This document shows positions 1 to 9,354 of a stretch of 64,000 bases of DNA, piece by piece (the first letter of the stretch is position 1; every line of letters starts with the position of its first letter). The DNA lies in assembly GCA_043826565.1 (NCBI GenBank), contig JBDRPX010000033.1, positions 21,268 through 85,267 of the forward strand, read 5' to 3'. Below the pieces are notes generated by a model. That model made no database searches. It was not told where the DNA came from and worked only from the letters and a program-made list of their open reading frames with translations. This DNA comes from Candidatus Omnitrophota bacterium. Lineage in GTDB: Bacteria; Omnitrophota; Gorgyraeia; B26-G9. A program made the translations under genes and the position numbers.

Positions 1-459
1 CCCCTTCGGTAATTCTAATAGCTATATCTATCCAGGATAAATCATAATAAACCAACTTAACCTGCTTGATGATTTCCATTTTAACTGCTTCATACTGTTT
101 TTCCATACTTTGAGCCTGTGCGGTTTTCACATTCTTTTTCGATTTAAGCTTTCCGGGAAACGGAACTTTCTGGGAAATACCGAACTTCTGCTCCTGAGGA
201 CCAACTCTGGTCTGGACATTTTTACCGAAATAACCATAGGATAACATCGGATCCGGAAGACTGGACTCTTGCGCCGCTTTATATTCAACAGCTTTCCATT
301 TACTGTAAACTGCCTGTATCCGAGGATTATTCTGAACCGCTTCATCTATTAATGCCGAGAGCTCTGTCGAACCAGCCGGCAAAGATGCCGCATAAGACGC
401 TAATATACTGGTTCCCGAAAGCAAAAACCCGAGAAAAACCGCTATATATTTTACCCCTG
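1..459 (-). CDS. Outer-membrane efflux protein (TolC/CzcC-like), N-terminal part; the CDS runs off the window start
   Basis: I translated the minus strand by hand from the ATG at 459. The reading frame MKTGVKYIAVFLGFLLSGTSILASYAASLPAGSTELSALIDEAVQNNPRIQAVYSKWKAVEYKAAQESSLPDP... stays open to position 1. It has a signal peptide followed by a 'LxxLIDEAVxNNPxIQA' motif typical of the N-terminus of OMP efflux proteins. The ORF track missed it because it is partial. Confidence 0.5.
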
Positions 460-483
460 TCTTCATTTTCTTCCCTTTTTTTA

Positions 484-774
484 CTATATCTTACGCGAAC
501 GCCTCAATAAAACTAAAACCTCTTCAAGTTTTTCCTGCCGAACCTTAAGGGAGTCCCCGCTAATAGCTTTAGTGATACAATTTTCAAAATGCGTTTCCAG
601 GATTTTATCTTCTATTCTCGCTAAAGCCCCCCTAACCGCGTGAACCTGAGTAAGGATATCCACGCAATATTCCTTGTTTTCAATCATCTTCGCAATTCCC
701 CGCACCTGCCCTTCAATCCGGCGTAATGCCGGTAAATTTTTTTCATGAGCTGGATTTATCGCCATATCTCGCAC
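484..774 (-). CDS. CsoR/RcnR/FrmR-family metal-sensing transcriptional repressor
   Basis: The 96-aa size and the helical sequence ...QVRGIAKMIENKEYCVDILTQVHAVRGAL... fit this family, including the conserved Cys/His metal-ligand context. Confidence 0.65.
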   Translation of the reverse strand: MRDMAINPAHEKNLPALRRIEGQVRGIAKMIENKEYCVDILTQVHAVRGALARIEDKILETHFENCITKAISGDSLKVRQEKLEEVLVLLRRSRKI

Positions 775-834
775 CCCCTTCCTACCTCAAGTATACCATA
801 CCCCCCTATGGTATGTCAAGCGGTAAAAAAATTA

Positions 835-1353
835 TTACTTTTTAAAGCGAAAGCTTTGTACACAGTCTTTAACTACCGGCATGCAGTTCGTCAGGGTTTC
901 CTCATCGGCTGAGAAATTAATAATATAGATCCAGCCCTCTTTTTCCAGATAATAATTAAGCGTCTTAACATAGGTTACCTTACCTTCGATCATTTGCTGA
1001 TCCCGCTTAATCTCCCAAAACCCCTTAACCTCATCTATTTCTGCTTTCCCCCGGGCTTCGATGATCCCTTTACCGTATAAATCATCACGTTCTGCCTCTT
1101 GGATATATTCTTTAAGGGTCTTATCCTGGGGAAATCTAAGAACCATTATTTTAATTACAGCTTTTCTGTCGGGATTTTCTAATGTCAGCATCGCGCCCAC
1201 TGTTCTTCGGCCCTGCCAGCCTTGCGGAAGTTTCATCGAAAATAAATTGCCCGGGCTGGAATATCTTCCCGGTTCCGGGGGCTCTGTGCAGCCGTTAAGG
1301 CCGATTAAGACAATCAGCGCAATTACATAAATAACTAGGTGTTTTTTTCGCAT
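835..1353 (-). CDS. Lipoprotein of unknown function
   Basis: Signal peptide with a lipobox (LIGLNGC). I recognise no other domain. Confidence 0.45.
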   Translation of the reverse strand: MRKKHLVIYVIALIVLIGLNGCTEPPEPGRYSSPGNLFSMKLPQGWQGRRTVGAMLTLENPDRKAVIKIMVLRFPQDKTLKEYIQEAERDDLYGKGIIEARGKAEIDEVKGFWEIKRDQQMIEGKVTYVKTLNYYLEKEGWIYIINFSADEETLTNCMPVVKDCVQSFRFKK

Positions 1354-1377
1354 GGTTAATTTTCCTGTCCCGGAAAA

Positions 1378-2394
1378 TCACTTCCCCCGATTAAACGCTA
1401 AATTTACTATTTTTTCGATAAGCTTATTATAAGAAATCCCGGCTTTTTCCGCGGACTGCCCAACCTCGTCATCTTTAGCTAAACACGGATTAGCATTAGC
1501 CTCTAAAATATATACCCGGCCTTGCGCAGTAACTCTTATATCAAACCGGGCATAGCAATCCATATTTAAAGCCCGATAAGCCCGTTTGCAAATATCTTCG
1601 ATTTTTTCCCCAACCCCATTGGGTAATTTTCCGGCAAATACGTTTTTAATTCCCCATTTTTCCCGATATTTCAAATCCCATTTTGCCTTATAGGTAGCGA
1701 TTCGCGGTTCATCATCCGGTATATTTCCAAATTTCACTTCTCGCGGAGGCAGCACCTTAATCCGTTTATTCCCGATCACACCGACATACAACTCTCGGCC
1801 TTCGATATACTCTTCCACTATCGCGTCCTTAGACATGTTCTCATGAATAAACTTTACTCTCTCTAAGAAAGATCCTTCATTATCGACTATCGAAGCTAAA
1901 GATATACCGCGGGAAGCTTCTTCGGATAATGGTTTTACGATCAAGGGAAGTTTTAACCGCTTGGGCAGCCAAACACGGTATTTCCGGTAAAACGTTTGAA
2001 ATCTCGGCCCCCGGATCCTATGAAAACTCATTATCTTCTTACTTAACGCCTTATTATTGCAAATCATCAGAGAATCCGGAGAAGCCCCGGTATAAGGAAC
2101 ATCCAGTAACTCCAGTAATCCGGCAAAATTTTTATCTAAGTGACTTTCCTGTCTAAACACCTCGGTCAGATTAAAAATCAAATCCGGCTTATTTTCTTTA
2201 ATTTCTTCAATAAGCGGATTTATATCATTATGGATACCCAGAAGTTGTACCTTATGACCGTTTTCGCAAAGAGTTTTATACACATGGTCTTCGGTGTTCC
2301 AGCTTTCATCCTTGAATTCCTCGGTAAAATCATGCCCGCGCTGTGTAACATATGGAGTATCAAAAACCTGAAGTATTTTAAGTTTTTTTCCCAT
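1378..2394 (-). CDS. ATP-grasp domain protein (RimK / D-Ala-D-Ala-ligase-like ligase)
   Basis: 338 aa with ATP-grasp-like organisation. It overlaps the upstream zincin gene by 17 nt. Confidence 0.55.
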   Translation of the reverse strand: MGKKLKILQVFDTPYVTQRGHDFTEEFKDESWNTEDHVYKTLCENGHKVQLLGIHNDINPLIEEIKENKPDLIFNLTEVFRQESHLDKNFAGLLELLDVPYTGASPDSLMICNNKALSKKIMSFHRIRGPRFQTFYRKYRVWLPKRLKLPLIVKPLSEEASRGISLASIVDNEGSFLERVKFIHENMSKDAIVEEYIEGRELYVGVIGNKRIKVLPPREVKFGNIPDDEPRIATYKAKWDLKYREKWGIKNVFAGKLPNGVGEKIEDICKRAYRALNMDCYARFDIRVTAQGRVYILEANANPCLAKDDEVGQSAEKAGISYNKLIEKIVNLAFNRGK

Positions 2395-3415
2395 TTTTTC
2401 CGCGCAACCTCCCTGTATACATATAGTTCATGATCAATGTCGCGACATACGTAGAAATTCTTAACACCGCTACAGCTTCCGGATCTGCGAATACCAGTTT
2501 AAGTTCTTTACATCTGGTTATTAATGTCTGCAATAAGTCATCAATAAGATACTTCTTTTCCCCGGTCCAGGTATATACACTAATTATAATATACCTTCTG
2601 AACTTTTTTATCAACTCATAAGCTAAGGCCGGCGATTTTACATCTTCGGCTTTTTCGGTAAAGATCCTCCTTAAATTAACATCATGAAAATCGGGAAAAT
2701 CTTCCGCGTAAAAATGACGCTTCTTTTTGTAGTAGTTGCTAAGACTGGTTTTTAACCGCGAAGCCTGCCAATATTTCCGGCCCTGCTTAATTTTCGGTTG
2801 AGCATCTTTAATTTCAGACATCAACACCTCAACATATTTAAGCTTTTTCAGGGCTTTCCATCCTTTATACCGGAGAGCCCAGTCAGAGTCAGACGTAAGC
2901 CATACCGCAAAAGTTTCCGCGAAATCCTCATCCGGATGATATTGCGCATAATAATCTTCTAAGTGTCGGACAAAATTTCTGCTATACGGCCGGTATTTGT
3001 AAGTATCGTTGTATTCTTTGGTAAATAACCCGAATATCTGATGCCATTTTTTTCGGCGATGTAATTTATAAGCATAATTAATGGCGTGGCCGGCCTCATG
3101 CCGCAGGAGTTTCATGCACCATTGCTTTGTGCCTCCTTCGACATCAAGCATTGTTTTCTTTTCTAATTTAATAAGCGCGGGGTGAGCTAAAAAGAAAGGA
3201 ATCCCGATTACCGGTTCTCCGTCCGGAGCAAGCCATTCATCAGCAAGATAGCAAACAGGCTTAAACTGTATGCCTTTAGCCTGGAGCTCTTCATATAAAT
3301 AATTCACACACTCTTGCAGCCAAGTACCTTCAATAGTTAAAGGTAATTCACAGATCTTTAGCTTCAGTAATTCCTCTTCAGGTATTTGGGCTAAATCTAT
3401 AATTGTTTTTAGCAT
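2378..3415 (-). CDS. Putative zinc-dependent metallopeptidase (HExxH zincin)
   Basis: It carries the motif LLRHEAGHAINYAY (HExxH) and a downstream acidic DEDFAETFAVW segment. It forms an overlapping gene pair with the ATP-grasp gene. Confidence 0.5.
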   Translation of the reverse strand: MLKTIIDLAQIPEEELLKLKICELPLTIEGTWLQECVNYLYEELQAKGIQFKPVCYLADEWLAPDGEPVIGIPFFLAHPALIKLEKKTMLDVEGGTKQWCMKLLRHEAGHAINYAYKLHRRKKWHQIFGLFTKEYNDTYKYRPYSRNFVRHLEDYYAQYHPDEDFAETFAVWLTSDSDWALRYKGWKALKKLKYVEVLMSEIKDAQPKIKQGRKYWQASRLKTSLSNYYKKKRHFYAEDFPDFHDVNLRRIFTEKAEDVKSPALAYELIKKFRRYIIISVYTWTGEKKYLIDDLLQTLITRCKELKLVFADPEAVAVLRISTYVATLIMNYMYTGRLRGKNGKKT

Positions 3416-3457
3416 AATCTTATTATACCCCTAAACAAGATTTAGAAAATATAAAAT

Positions 3458-3484
3458 TGTAGGGGCGCCGCTTGCCTGCGCCCG
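3458..3484 (-). repeat. REP-like GC-rich hairpin element, CCCCTACAGG-tail family, copy 1
   Basis: The minus strand reads CGGGCGCAGGCAAGCGGCGCCCCTACAA, matching the family consensus GGGCGG(A)G-loop-CCGCCCCTACAGG. Confidence 0.6.
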
Positions 3485-3505
3485 TGACAGATGAATTTAA
3501 TATTA

Positions 3506-4441
3506 TTACGGGCGGACACGAGGGCCGCCCCTACATCCCTGCCTTGTTCCTCGTTTCTGGAACTCATCTTCAATATCCTGCCGGACCTTATGCTTTTGGT
3601 TTATCCATTCCGGAGCAATTAAAACATCCTTGTTCGCATCCGATACCAGCCGCATAACTACACATTTAGGTGAAAGCCTTTCTAAAAAATCACAAGCCAG
3701 CTGAACATATTCATCCGATTCTAATAATTGTATCTTCCCCTCTTTATATTGTTCCTGCAGTTTCGTATCCCGCAATACATGCAGTACATGCAGTTTAACA
3801 CCATCTATAGGAAGAGTCGAAAGCACATCCGCGGTTTCCATTATTTCTTCTTTAGATTCTCCGGGAAGCCCCAAAATAACATGCACCCCGATCTTTATCC
3901 GGCGTTTTGCGGTCTGCTCTATTGCCTCCAAAAACTGCATCGTAGAATGCAGGCGGTTAATTGTTTTTAATGTTTTTTCATGAATACTCTGCAATCCATA
4001 TTCAATCCAAACGTCATATGCGCCGGCATATGTATCGATTAAATCCAGCTTAGCTTTATCAATACAATCCGGCCGGGTAGAAATAGTCAGGCCGACTATA
4101 TCCGGGAACTTTTTTATCACATCATATGTCTGGCGCAAGGTATCAACATCAGCATAAGTATTGGAAGCATTTTGAAAATAGGCGATGAACTTTTCCGCTT
4201 TAAACCGCTCACGAATAAAGCCCATTGATGTCGCGATCTGTTCTTCAATTGACGGATACACACCGGTGTAATGGCTAAACCCCTCTTCATTACAAAAAAT
4301 ACATCCCTGGTCACTTAATGTTCCGTCCCGGTTAGGACAGCTAAACCCGGCATTAATACTGATCCGGTGCACCCGCACCCCAAAGCGCTGACGCAGATAT
4401 TCGCTAAACGAATAATAATAGGTTTTATTCTTTTCATCCAT
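3506..4441 (-). CDS. Radical SAM protein, TIGR01212/YhcC family
   Basis: Motif FSCPNRDGTLSDQGCIFCN matches the CxxxxxxxCxxC variant characteristic of YhcC-type radical SAM proteins. The last ~12 codons (..RQGCRGGPRVRP) are encoded by a REP-like GC-rich element. Confidence 0.7.
   Translation of the reverse strand: MDEKNKTYYYSFSEYLRQRFGVRVHRISINAGFSCPNRDGTLSDQGCIFCNEEGFSHYTGVYPSIEEQIATSMGFIRERFKAEKFIAYFQNASNTYADVDTLRQTYDVIKKFPDIVGLTISTRPDCIDKAKLDLIDTYAGAYDVWIEYGLQSIHEKTLKTINRLHSTMQFLEAIEQTAKRRIKIGVHVILGLPGESKEEIMETADVLSTLPIDGVKLHVLHVLRDTKLQEQYKEGKIQLLESDEYVQLACDFLERLSPKCVVMRLVSDANKDVLIAPEWINQKHKVRQDIEDEFQKRGTRQGCRGGPRVRP
3510..3535 (+). repeat. REP-like element, copy 2, inverted relative to copy 1
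   Basis: GGGCGGACACGAGGGCCGCCCCTACA. It supplies the 3' end of the radical-SAM CDS. Confidence 0.6.
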
Positions 4442-4460
4442 TATATTTGATCTTTCCGGC

Positions 4461-5240
4461 TTATAAGGCTGACCAAAATGTTTTCCAGGGGAAATTTTTA
4501 CCGGGACATTCAGTCTGGGCTCCCTCTACCTGCCCGTGACCGAGGATATTTTTGCGGGATATATTATAGTATTGTTTCAATTGTCTGACTAAACTTACAA
4601 GTGAATCCATCTGCTTTTTAGATACACTATCTTTATTGAAATTACCCACCAGACAGATACCGATCGCTTTGCTATTCATTCCTGCGGCTTTACAATGCGC
4701 GCCATCCTGCTGTTTAAGCCAGCGCGGAGAGGTCTCGATCTGCCCGTCACCTTTTCCGCTGGTTCCATTATCAATGACAAAATCGTAGCCCAGGCTCTGC
4801 CATCCTTTTTGCGTATGCCCTTTATGGAATTGTAAAGCTCCGCCGGCATCGGTAGCACTGTGATGAATAATTATATATTTCCATTTATTAGATGGGTATA
4901 GAGTTATTACCGGTTTAACCGGGCAAGCCCTGGGCACAGACAAGCGCTGGCCCATTTCCAGAGAATTTTGATCTTTCAAATTGTTTGCCCGGACAATATC
5001 TTTAATTTCCACATCATACATTTTGCTGATCCGCCATACTGTCTCTCCCGGAGCGACCACATGGACAATATCACAGCGTCCGGCCGGTGCCGAAGGCGGA
5101 AGAATAACATTACGCAGCCCGGGGGTGGTACTGGGTACTGGGGTAGTCATTACCGGACGAACCGGTGCTCGGGCACAAGAACTTAAACTGATGGCAAGAA
5201 AAAATAAAAATACCGCTGTTAAAATTTTTTTCATATGCAA
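4461..5240 (-). CDS. N-acetylmuramoyl-L-alanine amidase (amidase_2/PGRP fold) with a LysM domain and signal peptide
   Basis: LysM segment (APGETVWRISKMYDVEIKDIVRANNL) plus an amidase_2 segment (IIIHHSATDAGGALQFHKGHTQKGWQSLGYDFVIDNG). Confidence 0.75.
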   Translation of the reverse strand: MHMKKILTAVFLFFLAISLSSCARAPVRPVMTTPVPSTTPGLRNVILPPSAPAGRCDIVHVVAPGETVWRISKMYDVEIKDIVRANNLKDQNSLEMGQRLSVPRACPVKPVITLYPSNKWKYIIIHHSATDAGGALQFHKGHTQKGWQSLGYDFVIDNGTSGKGDGQIETSPRWLKQQDGAHCKAAGMNSKAIGICLVGNFNKDSVSKKQMDSLVSLVRQLKQYYNISRKNILGHGQVEGAQTECPGKNFPWKTFWSAL

Positions 5241-5535
5241 TATAATATCAACATATTATCATTTATTCAATACTTAATATTGTTATACATGAAAAATGAA
5301 AGTTGAAAATTGATAATTGTAAAAAATATAAACTTATTTTTTTAAACACATGTATTTTAGAACTATTTACGATTTTAATAAAAAAATGGCGTTAAGAAAA
5401 TCGACGAGCCCGTCAGGCCGGGAGACGATTTTTAGATATTTTTTTATGTTCGCAAGAAAAATCGTACTTGAGTGAAAAAATATATGTGTTAAAATCGCTT
5501 TAATTATATACTTCGGGAAATACGCTATATCGTTA

Positions 5536-7611
5536 CTACTGCAGTCCAAAAAGCCTCCCGCCCTGATAAATAATAAAAGAAGCGATCCAGGCAACCAGTG
5601 TAGTATAAAATACCGCAAAGAGTGCCCACCCCCAGGATTGAGTTTCCTGTTTTACTGCTCCAACAGTCGCCACGCAAGGAATGTATAGCAAAATAAAAAC
5701 CATTAATGAATAGGCAACTAAAGGAGTGAATAATTTACTCCCGTCATCACGGGTAGCTTTCTTCAGCTCCTCACGCAATATATCCGCTTCCCCGCATAAT
5801 TCTCCGACAGAATAAAGCGTACCCAAGGTCCCCACAACTATCTCTTTGCCGACTACTCCGCTAACCAAAGCCACCGCGATCTTCCACTCGCCAAAACCCA
5901 GCGGCTTAAAAACCGGGGCCACTGCCTTACCCATTCTGCCGGCATAACTATTTTCCATTTTCTCATAAGCATTAAGATTTGCTCCGGCTAAGGGAAAGTT
6001 ACTCAAAAACCAGATCAATACACAACCGGCAAAGATAATTGTCCCGGCTTTTTTCAAATACAAAACCGCCCGGTCCCAGGTATGGATAAGCAGCCCCTTT
6101 AAGGCCGGGATCCGGTACGGCGGCAATTCCATAACAAAAGGCGCGGCTTCTCCGCGGAATAAATATTTGCGGAAAATTTTAGCGACAATGATCGCGACGA
6201 CAATCCCGAGGACATACAGCGAAAACAAAATATTCCCGGCGATCTTTTCCGAAAAAAAAGCTCCGATAAATAAAGTATATACCGGAAGCCGCGCGCCGCA
6301 GCTCATAAATGAATTTACCAGAATGGTCACGATCCGGTCTCTTCTGTCCTCAATTGCCCGCGCCGCCATAATTGCCGGGACATTACAGCCAAATCCCAGC
6401 AGCATCGGGATAAAGGACCGTCCGTGCAGCCCGATCTTATGCATAAGATCATCCATAATAAAAGCCGCCCGGGCCATATATCCGGAATATTCTAAAAGTG
6501 ACATGGCAAAATACATTAATAAAATAACCGGCAGAAAGACCAGCACACTGCCTACGCCGCCGATTATCCCGTCGACAAACAAAGAACGGATCGCACTGCC
6601 GGCCGGCAAAAATCCTCCGACAAGACTAGCCAATCCTTCCTGCAGTAATTCAATAACATTCATTAAAGGCCGGCTAAGCGAAAACGTAAATTTAAACACC
6701 AGCCACATCGCCGCTAAAAATATCGGTAAGCCTAAAACTTTATTTATAAGGATCTTATCAATACTATCGGAAACAGTATGCCTGGTTTCAAATGTTTTTC
6801 GGATAGCTTCTGAACAGGCACCGCTAATAAACCCATACCTGCCGTCGGCAATAATAGCCTCGGGATTATCATTAAAAATAGTACGCAAATGCTCCACACT
6901 TTTTTTGATCTGTTCTTTCAGTTGCTCCGCGTAAGATTTTTTGCTGATCTTTTTAATAATCTCTTCATCTTCTTCTAACAACTTAAGTGCCAGCCAACCG
7001 GTGAGATATTTTTTTGTTAATTCTTCATCCTGTATCAGAATACTTTTTATTTTCTCTAACTCTTCCTGAACTTCGGCCCCATATCCTATCGGTATCGGCC
7101 AGGATTCTTCTTTATGCTCTACATAGTCAATAACCGCGTCCAGTAATTCATCCATGCCTTTTTTCTTAGAAGCCACGGTCAAGACGATCCGGCTGCCGAA
7201 AAGTTCTGATAAACGATTCACATCAATTGCCAGGCCCTGCTGCTGCGCCATATCATACATATTAAAAGCTAAGATCAGCGGAGCCCCCAACTCGAGAAAC
7301 TGTGTGGAAAGATATAAATTCCTCTCCAGATTAGAACAATCAATGACATTAACCACAACATCCGGCTTTTCTTCAATAACAAAATTACGGGCGATTACCT
7401 CATCTAAAGACTGAGCAGTCAGACTATATGTTCCGGGAAGGTCGACAATATTAATACTATATCCTTTATATTCAAGAATACCTTCAAATTTTTCTACAGT
7501 AACCCCGGAATAATTTCCGATCTTCTGTCTAAATCCGGTAAGATTATTAAATATCGTTGTCTTCCCGGAATTAGGATTTCCGGCTAAAGCAATTGTAATT
7601 TTTCTGGACAT
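5536..7611 (-). CDS. feoB: Ferrous iron transport protein B
   Basis: N-terminal GTPase (GNPNSGKTT...DLPG) followed by a large polytopic membrane domain, 691 aa. Confidence 0.95.
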   Translation of the reverse strand: MSRKITIALAGNPNSGKTTIFNNLTGFRQKIGNYSGVTVEKFEGILEYKGYSINIVDLPGTYSLTAQSLDEVIARNFVIEEKPDVVVNVIDCSNLERNLYLSTQFLELGAPLILAFNMYDMAQQQGLAIDVNRLSELFGSRIVLTVASKKKGMDELLDAVIDYVEHKEESWPIPIGYGAEVQEELEKIKSILIQDEELTKKYLTGWLALKLLEEDEEIIKKISKKSYAEQLKEQIKKSVEHLRTIFNDNPEAIIADGRYGFISGACSEAIRKTFETRHTVSDSIDKILINKVLGLPIFLAAMWLVFKFTFSLSRPLMNVIELLQEGLASLVGGFLPAGSAIRSLFVDGIIGGVGSVLVFLPVILLMYFAMSLLEYSGYMARAAFIMDDLMHKIGLHGRSFIPMLLGFGCNVPAIMAARAIEDRRDRIVTILVNSFMSCGARLPVYTLFIGAFFSEKIAGNILFSLYVLGIVVAIIVAKIFRKYLFRGEAAPFVMELPPYRIPALKGLLIHTWDRAVLYLKKAGTIIFAGCVLIWFLSNFPLAGANLNAYEKMENSYAGRMGKAVAPVFKPLGFGEWKIAVALVSGVVGKEIVVGTLGTLYSVGELCGEADILREELKKATRDDGSKLFTPLVAYSLMVFILLYIPCVATVGAVKQETQSWGWALFAVFYTTLVAWIASFIIYQGGRLFGLQ

Positions 7612-7612
7612 T

Positions 7613-7849
7613 TTAAACCTCTTTTACCATAATCCTATTGGCCATACCATGCCCCAGCATTAGCCTTGTATTATGCACCCGGATTACACACGCTCCCCGG
7701 CCATGAGAATGCAATACTTTGAATCTTACCCCCTGATTAAGCCCCATATCCGTAAGTCTTTTTCTTACCCCCTGGCCGCCCTCAACACCGGCTAAGGTAA
7801 CCTCCTGGCCTTCCGGGATTTTTAGTAACGGAATTAACTCTTCTTTCAT
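7613..7849 (-). CDS. feoA: Ferrous iron transport protein A (FeoA domain)
   Basis: 78-aa SH3-like FeoA. Its stop abuts the feoB start. Confidence 0.8.
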   Translation of the reverse strand: MKEELIPLLKIPEGQEVTLAGVEGGQGVRKRLTDMGLNQGVRFKVLHSHGRGACVIRVHNTRLMLGHGMANRIMVKEV

Positions 7850-7996
7850 CTATCTGACCTCACCTTAATGTAAAAACCGAAAATTGAATATTGATAATTG
7901 AAAGTTGGAAAACAACTTCCTACTATAAACTTTCAACCCTCATTTGTGCTTTCTGTTTTCTGTCTTCTATCTTTCATTTTAATGATTATTAATTAT

Positions 7997-8467
7997 TTAA
8001 CTTTTTTCCCGCTGCTTGCCTGTTTTTGAATAATAATCAAAATTCTTCAGCCACTGGGGCCTTTCCCCGTCAGAACACCCTTCGACAAATTCAATAAGCT
8101 TAGTTAGTTTTTCATGAGTCTGCTGGCTTATCGCGTGCTCCATGCGGCAAGCATCTTTTGTGGCTATTTTCTTATCGATCCCCAGCACCTCATCCAAAAA
8201 CTTGATCAGCATATCATGGCGTTTCTTAACATCCTGCGCCACAATTTCCCCTTCCGGAGTAAGATCAACATATCCATAACGTTCATGGATCACCAATCCG
8301 CTTTGCGTAAGCATATTCAAAGCGCTGGTCACACTGGGTTTTTTTACTTTCATAAAAAGGCTTATATCCTTAACCCGGGCCACGCCGTTGTTTTTTTTCA
8401 GGAAAACAATCGACTCCAGATAGTCTTCCATATTCGCGCTTAAACGTCTCTCATTTTTTTTCTTCAT
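7997..8467 (-). CDS. DtxR/MntR-family metal-dependent transcriptional regulator
   Basis: N-terminal winged-helix (MEDYLESIVFLKK...ARVKDISLFMKVKKPSVTSALNMLTQSGL) plus a dimerisation/metal domain. It sits directly upstream of feoAB. Confidence 0.8.
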   Translation of the reverse strand: MKKKNERRLSANMEDYLESIVFLKKNNGVARVKDISLFMKVKKPSVTSALNMLTQSGLVIHERYGYVDLTPEGEIVAQDVKKRHDMLIKFLDEVLGIDKKIATKDACRMEHAISQQTHEKLTKLIEFVEGCSDGERPQWLKNFDYYSKTGKQREKS

Positions 8468-8586
8468 TAGCCATCCTGCAATTAAGTTAGCTTTACCTTC
8501 CTCTGTTAGATAAGTCTAACATATTTTGCGCTATTTGTCAAGGCAGAAAATTAAAGCGCCATATTCAAACACTCACATTCTCAAAA

Positions 8587-8616
8587 CCGGTTCATCCCCA
8601 CGCATGTGGGGAACAA
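8587..8616 (-). repeat. Degenerate partial CRISPR repeat at the trailer end of the array
   Basis: ccggttcatccccacgcatgtggggaacaa resembles the repeat (gtttcaatccacgctcccgcatggggagcgac), including the GGGG/CCCC hairpin arms. It abuts repeat 1 with no spacer. Confidence 0.4.
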
Positions 8617-9169
8617 GTTTCAATCCACGCTCCCGCATGGGGAGCGACAAATACGCAGACCGGGACGGATTAAGATTATTTGTTTCAATCCACGCTCCCG
8701 CATGGGGAGCGACCACCCTTCAGCCAGGTTTCAAACACTTCTTTGTGTTTCAATCCACGCTCCCGCATGGGGAGCGACCTTAAAACCATGACTAATACAA
8801 CTGCAACACAGTTTCAATCCACGCTCCCGCATGGGGAGCGACTTCGCTGGTCCAGGCGCTGCCGTTCCAGATCTGTTTCAATCCACGCTCCCGCATGGGG
8901 AGCGACTTATGGTCTCAGTCGACAGTTCAAGGATATGCCTGTTTCAATCCACGCTCCCGCATGGGGAGCGACGCAACGATCGGATTTTGTTCAGTTTGTG
9001 AAACCGTTTCAATCCACGCTCCCGCATGGGGAGCGACGGTTAAGGCTGGCTTTTAAAGTGATTGGATGGAAGTTTCAATCCACGCTCCCGCATGGGGAGC
9101 GACATAATTCTAGGTCTAATTGTCGGGGTGTGGATTAGTTTCAATCCACGCTCCCGCATGGGGAGCGAC
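8617..9169 (-). CRISPR. CRISPR array, type I-C-like. It has 9 identical 32-bp repeats and 8 spacers of 32-34 bp
   Basis: Repeats start at 8617, 8682, 8747, 8811, 8875, 8941, 9006, 9072 and 9138. Read on the minus strand the repeat is GTCGCTCCCCATGCGGGAGCGTGGATTGAAAC, ending in the canonical I-C ATTGAAAC 5'-handle sequence. That places the leader at the cas2-proximal (high-coordinate) end. Confidence 0.95.
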
Positions 9170-9354
9170 GGTTACGTTACAACTTTTTTTATTTCAGACA
9201 CTTAAAAAATCATTTCTGCGAAACATTAACATTCTTGCAAAATATCCACCCTATATATAGCCTCCAACTATTTAACTATTTAATTGTCAAAGAACTACAA
9301 AGATTGCGAATCTTCCTCGTTGCCCATTATATCCTAAGGTTCGCGCTTGAATTT
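9170..9354 (-). promoter_or_regulatory. Putative CRISPR leader, AT-rich, lying between the cas2 stop and the first repeat
   Basis: Its position between cas2 and the leader-proximal repeat, and the repeat orientation, support this call. It has low GC and T-runs. Confidence 0.5.

Noticed and set aside
127-345. 72-aa ORF-track ORF on the minus strand
   Set aside because: It is in a different frame from the continuous TolC-like ORF that I translated from 459 to the window start. It is most likely spurious.
5367-5618. 83-aa ORF overlapping the 3' end of feoB
   Set aside because: It overlaps a strongly supported gene and a low-complexity AT-rich region. It has no supporting features.
6167-6934. 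255-aa + strand ORF antisense to feoB
   Set aside because: It lies entirely within the well-supported feoB CDS on the opposite strand. It has low-complexity composition and no motif.
8526-9138. ORF-track 'proteins' inside the CRISPR array at 8526-8783, 8606-8791 and 8680-9138, with repeated FQSTLPHGER / SIHAPAWGAT peptides
   Set aside because: The periodic peptide repeats are a translation artefact of the 32-bp direct repeats. The region is a CRISPR array and not coding.
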